Below, in pieces: positions 38,012 to 47,903 of a stretch of DNA of 64,000 bases. Below the pieces are notes generated by a model, which did no database searches, had not been told where the DNA came from, and worked only from the letters and a program-made list of their open reading frames with translations. The translations under genes and the position numbers were made by a program. Numbering within the stretch: the first letter of the stretch is position 1; every line of letters begins with the position of its first letter. Source of the stretch: Thermodiscus sp. (GTDB lineage Archaea; Thermoproteota; Thermoprotei_A; Sulfolobales; Acidilobaceae); assembly GCA_015523485.1 (NCBI GenBank), contig WAKH01000004.1, positions 1,667-65,666 on the forward strand. The letters run 5' to 3'.

Positions 38012-39577
38012 TCACCCCAATAAGGATACGATTACTTCTGATGCGGGCTTCAGAGAGTCCATCACCGGCGTTATCGCGATGAAGTAGAATACTCCGATGA
38101 TAGCGACCAACACGACTATTGCCTTAAACGTGTCTAGTACCTCGAATCCAGGCTTCACACCGAGCTTCTCCGCGTCACTGGAGAGTTGGCCGTAGAATAT
38201 CCTCCGCATAGTTATGAAGGCGTACGCCGCGCTGATTGTGAATGCTATGATCAAGGCTATCGCCAACACAACTAGTTGACCCGTGGTGGCTCCAGCGTAG
38301 GCCTTAACAACGCCTAGCGTAATGAGGATCTCGCTCCACATTCCTAGCGATGGAGGCATTCCTACTAGATGCATGAATCCGAGAAGCGCTGCCGCAGCCG
38401 TTAGCGGGTAGGCTCTTGCGAGTCCTCCCATCCTTGTTATGTCACGCAACCCATGCAGCTCTGTTATGAATACTCCGGCGGTCATGAAGAGGACTGCCTT
38501 TCCAAAGGCGTGGCTTAGATAGTGGAGCATAGCTCCACCTATACCGTATGCTGTTAGAGTCGCTATACCCAGTAGGAGGTATCCCATCTGGCTAACGCTA
38601 GAATATGCGAGTAGTCTCTTGAAGTCTGTTTGCTTCAGTGCAACTAACCCTCCATAGATTATGGTTGCAAGACCCAGCGCGACAAGATAGTCTCGTAAGC
38701 TCACAAAGACGTCAGGGAATAGTGGTAATGCAAACCTTACCAGCGCGTAGCCAGCAATTCCGATGAGGTTCGGGGATAAGAGTGCTGATATCGGTGTTGG
38801 TGCTTCTGCGTGGGCGTATGGTAGCCACATGTGTACGCCCACTACCGCCATCTTTATGAAGAGGCCTATGATGATCAGGGCCGCTGCTAGTTTGGCTCCC
38901 GCGGCTAGGATCGTGTAGGCTGGAGCGACATACGTAATCTCTGTGGGTGTAACCCTTACAACGTCAAATGAGCCGGCGTGTATGCCATAATACAAGACTC
39001 CTACTAGGAATAATGCTCCTGCGACATGTGTCCAGATGAAGTAGAGTAGTGATATTTTCCTCCTATCTCCGTAGCCATAGTATGCTATGAGCAGGAATGA
39101 TGAGACGAGTGATAGTTCTAGGAATACGAAGAACTCGATTAGGTTAGAGGAGAACGCCATTCCTAGCATTGAGGCTGCGAATAGATTGTATAGGAAGTAG
39201 TAGGCTCCCATGCTTGGGGGTGTTTCACCCTCATCCACCATCTCCTCTATACGGGTCAGCATGTACTTTAGGCTGTAAATAGCGACTAGTCCCGAGACTA
39301 TGCTTATTCCAACAACGATAGGCGCCGATAAACCATCTACCAGCATGTAGAATTTACCGATTCCATGCTTGCTTAAGTCGATGACTAGTGGGTCGACGAC
39401 GCCGGCTTTAATGTCGCCCTTGAGCCAGTAGGCAAATACTGCAGCGCCTGGAATGAGTAGTGAGATTGCACTTACCCATCCCATCAGTTTTGCTTCTCCT
39501 CTGCGAGTTAGAGCGAGTAACCCTACTAGGATTGGAAGTAAAACCGAGATCCACCATATGGGTATACCTGCTTCCAC
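38012..39577 (-). CDS. nuoM: NADH-quinone oxidoreductase subunit M
   Basis: FVFLELSLVSSFLLIAYYG and LLAYSSVSQMGYLLLG. Confidence 0.88.
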   Translation of the reverse strand: MEAGIPIWWISVLLPILVGLLALTRRGEAKLMGWVSAISLLIPGAAVFAYWLKGDIKAGVVDPLVIDLSKHGIGKFYMLVDGLSAPIVVGISIVSGLVAIYSLKYMLTRIEEMVDEGETPPSMGAYYFLYNLFAASMLGMAFSSNLIEFFVFLELSLVSSFLLIAYYGYGDRRKISLLYFIWTHVAGALFLVGVLYYGIHAGSFDVVRVTPTEITYVAPAYTILAAGAKLAAALIIIGLFIKMAVVGVHMWLPYAHAEAPTPISALLSPNLIGIAGYALVRFALPLFPDVFVSLRDYLVALGLATIIYGGLVALKQTDFKRLLAYSSVSQMGYLLLGIATLTAYGIGGAMLHYLSHAFGKAVLFMTAGVFITELHGLRDITRMGGLARAYPLTAAAALLGFMHLVGMPPSLGMWSEILITLGVVKAYAGATTGQLVVLAIALIIAFTISAAYAFITMRRIFYGQLSSDAEKLGVKPGFEVLDTFKAIVVLVAIIGVFYFIAITPVMDSLKPASEVIVSLLG

Positions 39578-39581
39578 TGCT

Positions 39582-39896
39582 CTACACCCCCTCTTCCTCC
39601 AACGCGGTTGACTGGAGCTCTCTCGCTACCCGGTAGAAGGCCACTACGATAGACACCAGTACAATAACCTCTCCTGAAACAACTGATACTAGTAAGATGG
39701 CGAACGCCGTTGTATAAGCTGGGTTGACTCCAGCTAAGACTAATATTATCAGTAGTATTGCGTTGAATAGCACCTCTATTGACAGCATCTGCCTCAAGAA
39801 GTTCCTCGATGAAGACATCCCGTAGGCTGCTAGACCAGCGACCACTGAGGCCGAGACCACTGCAACTCCCGCTAATGCCGCGTCAACAAATGCCAT
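39582..39896 (-). CDS. nuoK: NADH-quinone oxidoreductase subunit K
   Basis: 104 aa with three TM helices and a conserved mid-membrane Glu (SIEVLFNA...SGEVIVL). Operon position. Confidence 0.85.
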   Translation of the reverse strand: MAFVDAALAGVAVVSASVVAGLAAYGMSSSRNFLRQMLSIEVLFNAILLIILVLAGVNPAYTTAFAILLVSVVSGEVIVLVSIVVAFYRVARELQSTALEEEGV

Positions 39897-39902
39897 CTCC
39901 CA

Positions 39903-40388
39903 TCACCCCCTCCTAGCAATCGATATAGCTTCGACAAGCGTCGCTGCTAATGCGACGAAGATTATCGCAAGCACGACGCCATAGTCGGACGCTAGTATCT
40001 CTGAAACATGTGATACCGAGACGCCGGAAGCCCTTGTAAACGCCTTGTAGATGCCCGTACCAGCGAGTAACAGGAGGAGCGCCGAGCCAACAGCTGCTCC
40101 CGCAAAAAGGCCAGCAGCCTCGTCTCTCTTCTCTTCTCCCCCGCCACCAAGCATTGAAACGCTCATAATGATGAACATGACGGCGGCTCCTACATAGACT
40201 ATGACTAGGAACACCGCCACTAGGGTATAGCCCAGTAAAGCGACCAGGGCCGCGTTGAAGAGGCCTAGCATTGCCAGCGAGACGCTGGAGTATACGAGAT
40301 CATTTAGCCTAACTGTAAAGTAAGCCGAGAGTATCATGAGGATGCCGAGTATTCCTCCAATTAATGGAATGTACTCCTCCACCATCAC
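39903..40388 (-). CDS. nuoJ: NADH-quinone oxidoreductase subunit J
   Basis: 161 aa hydrophobic protein with VYSSVSLAMLGL...VIVYVGAAVMFIIM. Operon position. Confidence 0.82.
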   Translation of the reverse strand: MMVEEYIPLIGGILGILMILSAYFTVRLNDLVYSSVSLAMLGLFNAALVALLGYTLVAVFLVIVYVGAAVMFIIMSVSMLGGGGEEKRDEAAGLFAGAAVGSALLLLLAGTGIYKAFTRASGVSVSHVSEILASDYGVVLAIIFVALAATLVEAISIARRG

Positions 40389-40933
40389 TTCTCACCCTCC
40401 TTATATGGGACCTTTACGAGGCCGCGTTCCTCATCGACAATGTAGCGTACAGGTATGCCCTCCTCGGCAGCCTTGTACTCTGGCGGCTTCTGGAACGACT
40501 CTAGGTCAAGGTACATCTCAGCCATGTTTTGATACACTACGTCATGATAGGGGACGTGATAGAGGGCTTCCGTAGGACATACATCAACACAGTAGCCACA
40601 GAATATACACCTCCTGTAGTCGATTACAGGCCAGTTCTTCACCTTCTGCTTACCCGTCTTCTCGTCTACCTCTGGTATTCGGATCATCTTCATCGCTGCT
40701 GCTGGGCAAATCCTAGCACAGCTTGCACAGTTTATACACTTCTGCTTGATTAATACGATGAATCCCCTGTAGCCCTCTCTAAGCTTATTGTACTCCTTCG
40801 GGTAGATCAATGTGAACCTCTTCGGGTCAATGAAGTATTTTACTCCTATCATCAATGCTTCTAGATTACCCTTGAACGCGTGGAATATACCCCTCCTAGG
40901 CTTGGTTTTTGGAACGGGTTTAGGCGGCACCAT
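40385..40933 (-). CDS. nuoI: NADH-quinone oxidoreductase subunit I (2x[4Fe-4S] ferredoxin)
   Basis: CINCASCARICP and CIFCGYCVDVCP. Confidence 0.9.
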   Translation of the reverse strand: MVPPKPVPKTKPRRGIFHAFKGNLEALMIGVKYFIDPKRFTLIYPKEYNKLREGYRGFIVLIKQKCINCASCARICPAAAMKMIRIPEVDEKTGKQKVKNWPVIDYRRCIFCGYCVDVCPTEALYHVPYHDVVYQNMAEMYLDLESFQKPPEYKAAEEGIPVRYIVDEERGLVKVPYKEGEK

Positions 40934-40943
40934 CCATCACCTC

Positions 40944-41981
40944 CTAACCAATTAACCCAATATACGCCTCCAATAGTCCGAGGCCGAATCCCATCAGCGC
41001 CAGTGGGAAAAGCAGCTTCCATGCGAAGTCTAGTGCCTGGTCCAGCCTGTACCTGCCGTAGACTGCTCTCAGGAAGCTGAATACTGCCATAAGTATTGTC
41101 GCCTTAACGATGATTACTAGTGATGGAATCAGGTACCCGCTTATGAAGCCGTCTCCAGGCCCGTAGGGGAGCCATCCTCCCAGGAACGCTAGTGTTATGA
41201 ATATCGAGTAGACGAATCTCTTAATGTACGCTGCTCCCATGTTGACACCATAGAGTAGACCTGAGTATTCTGTGAAGGGGCCTGCGACCACCTCGTTCTC
41301 GCTCTCGGGTATCTCGAATGGGAAGCCGCTTGTAGCCATTAGCACGCTGATGAATGCGGCTAGGAAGGCTAGCGGGTTTAGGATTATGAACCACTTGCCT
41401 CCTGTCTGGGCGAGCACAACGTCCACGAAGTTGTATGACGTCGTCATTGCGGATACCGATAGGATTGCTAATATTATCATGAGCTCGTAAGCCGTTATCA
41501 TGTAGGCTTCTCTCATACCTCCGATTATGGAGAACTTGTTGTTACTGGCCCAGCCAGCTAGTACTATGAATATTGCTGAAATCGTTGATAGAGCCAGTGA
41601 GATCAACACGCTATACTCCATTGGTATTGGCCAATAGTGTGAAACGCTGGTGAAGGGTACAGCTACAACAGGTACGATACTGAGTACTAGAGCTGTTAGG
41701 GGGGCGATGAGGAATACCCCCTTATCAACAGTCTTGGGTATGATTATCTCTTGGAATGCATACCTCATGAGGTCAGCTATCAATTGTATTGCTCCGCCAA
41801 TCCTTGGCGAGACGTGTAATGGACCGAATCTCCTCTGCACTCTTGCCGCAGTCTTCCTCTCAAACCATAGTATACCGACGACTACACCCAATGGTGCTAC
41901 GAGGCCTAGGACTACTAACTGCCAGAGGGGAGGCCAGGTTATTATCTTCACAATTACGTCAATCACATCCATTACAAACAC
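40944..41981 (-). CDS. nuoH: NADH-quinone oxidoreductase subunit H
   Basis: ERKTAARVQRRFGPLHV...IQLIADLMRYAFQE...GWASNNKFSIIGGMREA. Confidence 0.9.
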   Translation of the reverse strand: MFVMDVIDVIVKIITWPPLWQLVVLGLVAPLGVVVGILWFERKTAARVQRRFGPLHVSPRIGGAIQLIADLMRYAFQEIIIPKTVDKGVFLIAPLTALVLSIVPVVAVPFTSVSHYWPIPMEYSVLISLALSTISAIFIVLAGWASNNKFSIIGGMREAYMITAYELMIILAILSVSAMTTSYNFVDVVLAQTGGKWFIILNPLAFLAAFISVLMATSGFPFEIPESENEVVAGPFTEYSGLLYGVNMGAAYIKRFVYSIFITLAFLGGWLPYGPGDGFISGYLIPSLVIIVKATILMAVFSFLRAVYGRYRLDQALDFAWKLLFPLALMGFGLGLLEAYIGLIG

Positions 41982-41984
41982 CCC

Positions 41985-43241
41985 CTACCTATCCGCCTCA
42001 GGCGGGAAGTAGTCGATGCTTCCATAGATCGTTGGAAGGTCCATCACGCGATGACCTGGTAGAATGTACTTGAAGACTATGGCGTTCCTGGCAGATGCAG
42101 AGACTATCCTCACTCTATACGGCTTCTGGCCACCATCACTCTCGACATAATATGTGATCTCTCCTCTTGCAGTCTCTGCCCTAGCATAGGCTTTACCCTT
42201 CGGGACCTTCAGCAGGGCGTATAATGGAACTAGCTTCGCCCTCCCCTCTGTCTCGAAGATCTTCTTATGGAGCGGAGGAGCCGTCTTCCAGAACCTGTCG
42301 TGGAGGATTGGCTCTCTGGGATGCTTATCGAGCCAATCAGCCACTTGCTCCAAGATTCTAAGGCTCTGCTTGATCTCCTCGACCCTCTGCCACACCCTGG
42401 CTAGGGCATCACCCTCCTGGAATACCGGTATTTCGAAGTCGAGCTCGTCATAGACCTCATATGGATCATTATACCTCACATCGTATAGAACTCCGCTTGC
42501 CCTTAAGTTAGGACCAGTTATACCTAGCTCTATTGCGAGGTTCTTGGGGATTACACCGACGTCCTCAAGCCTAGCCCTTATCACGGGGTTATCCACATAG
42601 ATTTTCCTATACTCTTCCAGCCTCTTCCTCATGTACCTGATAGCCTTTCTCAGCTGGTTGGTGAAGTCTGCTGGGACATCCCTCCTTACACCTCCGAATA
42701 CAGGGTATGAGTGAGTCAGCCTAGCTCCTGTCAACCAGTCCGCCAGCTCAATCCAAACCTCTCTATCTCCGAATGGCCACATGTACATTGTCGAGTGCCC
42801 AACGAATACGCCGAATATACCGAATCCATACAGGTAGGCTGCAATCCTGTTTATCTCGCATAGAAGTACACGGAGGTATTTCGCCCTCAGCGGCGCTTCG
42901 ATCCCAAGCAACTGCTCCACAGCCCTAACATATGGTAATGTTACGTTGCAAGCATCGTGAATAGCCATTCTCTCATAGAGGGGAATACCCTTAATCCACT
43001 CTCTACCCTCTCCTAGCTTTTCCATGGTTCTATGAACGTATCCCATGTCGGGGTCTGCTTCAACAATCACGTCACCATCTATCCTGATGATAATCCTCAT
43101 GTGACCCGAACCTGGATGCTGTGGGCCTATGAAGACCTCGTAGAGATCCTTACCTATCTTTCTAGACCATGCACCCGGGATCTTTAGATCATTGAAGCCT
43201 ACCTGACCCCTAGTTGAAACGAAACCAGACACATCAACCAC
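41985..43241 (-). CDS. nuoD: NADH-quinone oxidoreductase subunit D
   Basis: FIGPQHPGSGHMRII, ERMAIHDACN, GPNLRASGVLYDVR, and a C-terminal DYFPPEADR. Confidence 0.92.
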   Translation of the reverse strand: MVDVSGFVSTRGQVGFNDLKIPGAWSRKIGKDLYEVFIGPQHPGSGHMRIIIRIDGDVIVEADPDMGYVHRTMEKLGEGREWIKGIPLYERMAIHDACNVTLPYVRAVEQLLGIEAPLRAKYLRVLLCEINRIAAYLYGFGIFGVFVGHSTMYMWPFGDREVWIELADWLTGARLTHSYPVFGGVRRDVPADFTNQLRKAIRYMRKRLEEYRKIYVDNPVIRARLEDVGVIPKNLAIELGITGPNLRASGVLYDVRYNDPYEVYDELDFEIPVFQEGDALARVWQRVEEIKQSLRILEQVADWLDKHPREPILHDRFWKTAPPLHKKIFETEGRAKLVPLYALLKVPKGKAYARAETARGEITYYVESDGGQKPYRVRIVSASARNAIVFKYILPGHRVMDLPTIYGSIDYFPPEADR

Positions 43242-43245
43242 CCCC

Positions 43246-43722
43246 TTATTTTCTGAATATTGTCTCTTCTTTTACGACAAAGTCTTTTCTAAGCGGCTTG
43301 AGCTCAGCCACTGGCGGCGAGAGAAGCAGCGGTCTTAGATCTGGGTGACCCTCGAAGACTATTCCAAACGCCTCGTATACCTCTCGCTCCTGGAAATCAG
43401 CGGTGGTCCATACACTATAGAGTGATGGGACCCTCTCAGTATCTCTAGGAATACTATAGCCTAAGCCGACAATGTATTTTGACAGCTCAACATTACCATA
43501 GCTTGACGCATGATAGATTATCTTGATTACATTCTCCTTCGGGTAATCTATTGCAGTGACGTCCTTTATGTGATCGAATCCTAGCTCCTTGAGCTTTCTA
43601 GCAGCCTCGACAATCTTATCGACTGGGACAAACACGTGTACGACTCCCTTACCTTCCTCGATAGACTCTATGATATCACCTAAAGCTTCCTTGATCTTCT
43701 CAATTACCTCACTACTACTCAC
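43246..43722 (-). CDS. nuoC: NADH-quinone oxidoreductase subunit C
   Basis: SLYSVWTTADFQEREVYEAFGIVFEGHPDLR. Confidence 0.9.
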   Translation of the reverse strand: MSSSEVIEKIKEALGDIIESIEEGKGVVHVFVPVDKIVEAARKLKELGFDHIKDVTAIDYPKENVIKIIYHASSYGNVELSKYIVGLGYSIPRDTERVPSLYSVWTTADFQEREVYEAFGIVFEGHPDLRPLLLSPPVAELKPLRKDFVVKEETIFRK

Positions 43723-43725
43723 AGG

Positions 43726-44316
43726 TTACCCCCTCCACCAAGCACATAGGTCTTCCTTCGGCTTGACGTAGTCCTTGTCGGGCCTCCAACCCTCCTCTAC
43801 GAACTTGCTGGCAATCCCCTCTCTGCGGATCTTCCTCTGCAACTCGATGATCGCCCTAGCGACAGCCTCCGGCCTCGGAGGACATCCAGGTATGTAGATG
43901 TCCACCGGTATGATCTCCCACGGCCTCACGATATTGTAGCTGTTATAGAAGATGCCTCCATCAATAGCACATGCACCCATAGCTATGGCGAACTTGGGCT
44001 GCGGCATCTGCTCCCATACAACTCTCACTGCACAGGCCATCTTCTTCGACACTGTACCCTCGATTAAGATCATGTTAGTCTGGCGTGAACCGATCCACGG
44101 GAGCGCTCCATGCTGCTCGTTATCGAATCTAGGGCTCCAGGCTGCGGCGAACTCACACCCACAACAGCTAGTGGTTAAGTGGACTGGCCATAGCGAAAAC
44201 GCCGTTCCCCAGTCCACTAGTTTACCGAGGCGGAGCTTGCCGAGTAGGAGTTTTCTAGCCTGCTTCGCCGCGACATTAACGTTTCCCACGTAAACCTTAC
44301 CATTCTCCTCGGGCAT
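43726..44316 (-). CDS. nuoB: NADH-quinone oxidoreductase subunit B
   Basis: SLWPVHLTTSCCGCEF...MGACAIDGG...IPGCPPRPEA (N2-cluster cysteines). Confidence 0.92.
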   Translation of the reverse strand: MPEENGKVYVGNVNVAAKQARKLLLGKLRLGKLVDWGTAFSLWPVHLTTSCCGCEFAAAWSPRFDNEQHGALPWIGSRQTNMILIEGTVSKKMACAVRVVWEQMPQPKFAIAMGACAIDGGIFYNSYNIVRPWEIIPVDIYIPGCPPRPEAVARAIIELQRKIRREGIASKFVEEGWRPDKDYVKPKEDLCAWWRG

Positions 44317-44322
44317 GTGGAA

Positions 44323-44736
44323 TCACCCCTCTAACATCCAGGATTCAACTCTCCTAGACTCCCGGAGGGCGTATACTAGGAGGGGAGCATAGACTGCTAC
44401 CAATGCCGCATATAGCCATAGGAGCTTGCCTAGGACGAGCTTCGGCGCCGCTAGTAGTATGGCGAAGATGACTACTGCGGGCTCGACGGCGAGGAAGACT
44501 ATGAGATAGCCTAGGTACTGCATTGAGACCTTGCCTCTAGCCTCCGACTTTGGTGGAGGGTTTCCAGCTTCATACCTCTCATACCTATACTTCTCCTGTG
44601 CCACAATGTCTGGCCTGGCCCTAGTGATCCTGTCTATGAATAACACGACTACTGCTAGGAGGACAACTAGTATGACTGGTAGTATTACTAGGCTCGTGGC
44701 CGCTTTAATCAGCGTATCCGACAGATACTCTAACAT
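44323..44736 (-). CDS. nuoA: NADH-quinone oxidoreductase subunit A
   Basis: 137 aa with three TM helices and YERYEAGNPP (the YECG-type loop). First gene of the operon. Confidence 0.85.
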   Translation of the reverse strand: MLEYLSDTLIKAATSLVILPVILVVLLAVVVLFIDRITRARPDIVAQEKYRYERYEAGNPPPKSEARGKVSMQYLGYLIVFLAVEPAVVIFAILLAAPKLVLGKLLWLYAALVAVYAPLLVYALRESRRVESWMLEG

Positions 44737-44741
44737 AGTTA

Positions 44742-44753
44742 CCCACCGGTGGG
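44742..44753. promoter_or_regulatory. Perfect 12-bp palindrome CCCACCGGTGGG in the nuoA leader
   Basis: Self-complementary 12-mer lying 6-17 nt upstream of the nuoA ATG and overlapping the GGTGGG Shine-Dalgarno-like element. Function unknown. Confidence 0.25.
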
Positions 44754-44892
44754 GTTAAGGCCCCCGTAGAATAACGAGAAGGGTCTGCATAATTATATAT
44801 GGTAGTTTTAGTGTCTAGATAATGAGATCAATACAGGGTATTTATAAAACACCCAGAAAAGCTGTGGGATTATAGTTGGATTAGGAGGAGGG

Positions 44893-47106
44893 TTAGAACC
44901 CGATTAGATCGTTTATCCTCGGCGGGCTTGGGGGCAATCCCTTCCTTTCCCTTATCTTCTTGATTAGGTCGTTTAGCAGGCTGTCGGGTACAGGCGCCCA
45001 CCGGCTGAACTCCACTCCCCAGAAGGCTCTGCCTGCGGTAGCGCTTCTCAGCTCGGCTGCTAGGTCGAAGCTCTCCGCGACTGGCACTTCTGCTATGACT
45101 CTTGCAGCGAGGCCCATGCTCTGTACTTCTAGTATCCTGCCCCTCTTCCTAGCCACTACTCCAGCGATCGCGCTCACATATTCCATCGGCGTCCTTATGT
45201 CTAGCTTCTGGAGGGGCTCTAGTAGCGTGGGGCTTCCCTCTAGTATGCCTGCCCATATCGCGTTTCTGACTGCCGGGTAGATCTGTCCGGGTCCCCTGTG
45301 CACTGGGTCCTCGTGGATCACGGCGTCATGTAGTACTACCTTGATTCCACGCACCGGTTCTGCCGCTAGGGGTCCCTCCTTGACAGCAATCCTGAAGGCT
45401 GCTAGTATGGTGTCCATTACCTCTCTTAGGTGCTGTACACCGGTTGTCTTGTCTACGAATATGTTGAGGCCCTCGTCGATAGCCCATATCTTCCTTGCCT
45501 CGTCATAGTCCCATCCGGCCTGGTCTCTAAGGATCCTAGCCCTCTCACGTGGATCCATGTTCTCTGAGATCACTCCCTTCTGTATTAGTTCTAGCGTCTC
45601 CTCGTTCAGTGGAGCTACGCTTATGTAAAACTTGTTGTGCTTGTTGGGGCTCTTACCCTCGAAGACTGATGACTCCTTCCTCACAGTCTCTCTGTATACC
45701 ACGATTGGCGGGCTGGCCTTGACCTCGAGGTTGTATCTCTCCTTGAGGAACGTCAGAGCGATCTCCAGGTGTAGGGGTCCCATACCTGAGATGAGGTACT
45801 CTCCTGTCTCCTCGTTTATCTTTACTACCAGGTTGGGGTCCTCGATTGTCAGCTTCCTTAGAGCCTCGATGAGCTTAGGCAGATCCTGTACCTTGGTAGG
45901 CTCTACTGCGATTGTGACTACGGGCTCGCTCACATACCTTAGTTGCTCGAATGGAGCCGCCTGCTCTAGGGTACTGGGGTCGACTACTGTCTCGCCTGCT
46001 CTTACATCCTCTAAGCCCATGACGGCGCCTATGTTTCCTGCCGGGATCTTCTTTGTGATCTCCCTGAAGGGTCCCATGTAAAGGCTTACCTGGAGTATTC
46101 TGGCCTTCTTGGTCGCGGTTAGCATGTAGACCTCTCTGCCAGGCTCAAGGGTCCCTGAGAACACTCTACCTGTGGCTACCAGGCCGGTCTTCTCTACTCT
46201 GACGTCGTTTACGAAGAATACTAGGGGGCCGTTGGGGTCGGCGTTGAGCATAGCCTTACCTATCTCTGTGTCTAGGTCTCCCTTCCATATCTTCGGGATC
46301 CTATACCTCTGGGCCTCTCTCGGGTTTGGTATGAATCTAACAACCATGTCTAGGACGGCTTCGTGTACGGGCATTAGCTTTGCTAGGTTTGCTATCTCCT
46401 TCTTGTCACCAGACTCGTATGCCTTTATGATCTCCTTGAATGTTATACCCTTCTTAGCAACCATTGGTATGCTTATTCCCCACTTGTCCTTAGCGCTACC
46501 GAATGCTACTGTACCCTCCTGTGGATTGAGCTTCCATTTCTTCTTGAACTCGCCCTCGCCGTAGAGGTCGATTAGGTTGTTGACCTCCCTGATTATCTCA
46601 ATGAACCTCTCCATGATCTTCTCTGGGGGTAGCTTGAGCTCCTTGATGAGACGGTCTACCTTGTTTATGAAGAGTAGTGGCCTTACTCTCTCCTCTAGGG
46701 CCTGGCGTATAACTGTCTCGGTCTGCGTCATCACGCCCTCGACGGCGTCGACGACTACTATAGCTCCGTCGAGGACTCTAAGGCTTCTCGTAACCTTACC
46801 AGAGAAGTCGACGTGGCCTGGAGTGTCGATCAAGTTGATGACGTAGGGCTTACCGTTGTACTCGTGGTAGAGGCTTATGTTAGCCGACTTTACAGTTATA
46901 CCCCTCTGCTTCTCGACGTTAAGGAAGTCTAGTACAAGGGCCTCGCCAGCGATTCTATCGCTTATGATACCTGCCGCGGCGAGTAGAGAGTCGCTAAGCG
47001 TTGTTTTACCGTGGTCGACGTGCGCGATGATACCGATGTTCCTTATTTGCTCGATATTGTTCATGATCTTCTCGATCTCGGAGACCATCTTTACTCTTGC
47101 TCCCAT
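44893..47106 (-). CDS. fusA: Translation elongation factor 2 (aEF-2)
   Basis: G1 motif [22 protein letters not shown] and NKVDR. The diphthamide-region VHRGPGQ is present. Confidence 0.95.
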   Translation of the reverse strand: MGARVKMVSEIEKIMNNIEQIRNIGIIAHVDHGKTTLSDSLLAAAGIISDRIAGEALVLDFLNVEKQRGITVKSANISLYHEYNGKPYVINLIDTPGHVDFSGKVTRSLRVLDGAIVVVDAVEGVMTQTETVIRQALEERVRPLLFINKVDRLIKELKLPPEKIMERFIEIIREVNNLIDLYGEGEFKKKWKLNPQEGTVAFGSAKDKWGISIPMVAKKGITFKEIIKAYESGDKKEIANLAKLMPVHEAVLDMVVRFIPNPREAQRYRIPKIWKGDLDTEIGKAMLNADPNGPLVFFVNDVRVEKTGLVATGRVFSGTLEPGREVYMLTATKKARILQVSLYMGPFREITKKIPAGNIGAVMGLEDVRAGETVVDPSTLEQAAPFEQLRYVSEPVVTIAVEPTKVQDLPKLIEALRKLTIEDPNLVVKINEETGEYLISGMGPLHLEIALTFLKERYNLEVKASPPIVVYRETVRKESSVFEGKSPNKHNKFYISVAPLNEETLELIQKGVISENMDPRERARILRDQAGWDYDEARKIWAIDEGLNIFVDKTTGVQHLREVMDTILAAFRIAVKEGPLAAEPVRGIKVVLHDAVIHEDPVHRGPGQIYPAVRNAIWAGILEGSPTLLEPLQKLDIRTPMEYVSAIAGVVARKRGRILEVQSMGLAARVIAEVPVAESFDLAAELRSATAGRAFWGVEFSRWAPVPDSLLNDLIKKIRERKGLPPSPPRINDLIGF

Positions 47107-47158
47107 TGATACACACCCCTATCAAACTACTCCGTTGGTGAAGGTGCAGAAGTTAGGG

Positions 47159-47167
47159 TTTATAAAA
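47159..47167 (-). promoter_or_regulatory. Candidate TATA box (TTTTATAAA on minus strand) for the EF-2 gene
   Basis: Lies 53-61 nt upstream of the ATG. An AGGGGTG SD-like element sits ~9 nt upstream of the ATG. Confidence 0.35.
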
Positions 47168-47180
47168 TCAGAAGACTAGT

Positions 47181-47903
47181 CTAATCCTCCCCCACTCCAC
47201 CCACGAAATCCTCTAGTGTCCCTCCCCTCTTCCTACCACCAGGCTTGTATGGCGACTTGAGTATCCTCTTTATGGTCTCCGCCTTCTTCTCGCCAATCCC
47301 AGGGATCTTTGATAACTCTACGATGCTCGCGTTTACGAACCTCTCAATGCTGCCAAACGCCTCCAGTATCCTTTCAGCCGTTTTTGGACCTATTCCTGGA
47401 AACGATTCCACTATGTATAACTGCCACTCCCGCGTGGAGGAAAGCTTAGGCTTCTTGTGTAGTACAACGGACCTCCTGGTCTGAGCAACCCTCTTCGCTA
47501 GGGATTCTATTATCATAGCTGTGTGCCAGGGTCCCTCACTGTAAATCACTCTAGAGTTGAAGTCAATTATTAGCGATGATATCGCGGCCGTTAACTGCTT
47601 CACCTTATTCCTATACCTGTAGAGGCGTAAGGGATTCCCCTCCACCACGTAAATTACTATGGGGTAGTGCTCTGTGAGCCTACGAGCCTGGTCGAAGAGC
47701 CTCCCGTCAAAGAGGGAGCGTGCGAAGTCCGACGCAGATTTACGCTCTACAACTATTTGATCCGAAACAACGTAGTCTCCCAGGCTTAACTGCTTCAACA
47801 CAACCATCAAGTTGGAGGATCGGAGTATGTCTGGTATGCCGCTCCTCTCCTCCCTCACGTCAGCGTATATTATCACTTTACTCTTCCAGTCGTCTCTACC
47901 CAT
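47181..47903 (-). CDS. xpf: XPF/ERCC4-type structure-specific endonuclease, short crenarchaeal form (nuclease plus HhH2)
   Basis: ERCC4 motif ADVREERSGIPDIL...GDYVV...VERKSASDF and HhH2 GIGPKTAERILEAFGS...IPGIGEKKAETI. The C-terminal GGTLEDFVGG may be a PCNA-binding tail (inference). The track ORF starts at 47969; ATG at 47903 (MGRDDWKS) fits better. Confidence 0.82.
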   Translation of the reverse strand: MGRDDWKSKVIIYADVREERSGIPDILRSSNLMVVLKQLSLGDYVVSDQIVVERKSASDFARSLFDGRLFDQARRLTEHYPIVIYVVEGNPLRLYRYRNKVKQLTAAISSLIIDFNSRVIYSEGPWHTAMIIESLAKRVAQTRRSVVLHKKPKLSSTREWQLYIVESFPGIGPKTAERILEAFGSIERFVNASIVELSKIPGIGEKKAETIKRILKSPYKPGGRKRGGTLEDFVGGVGED

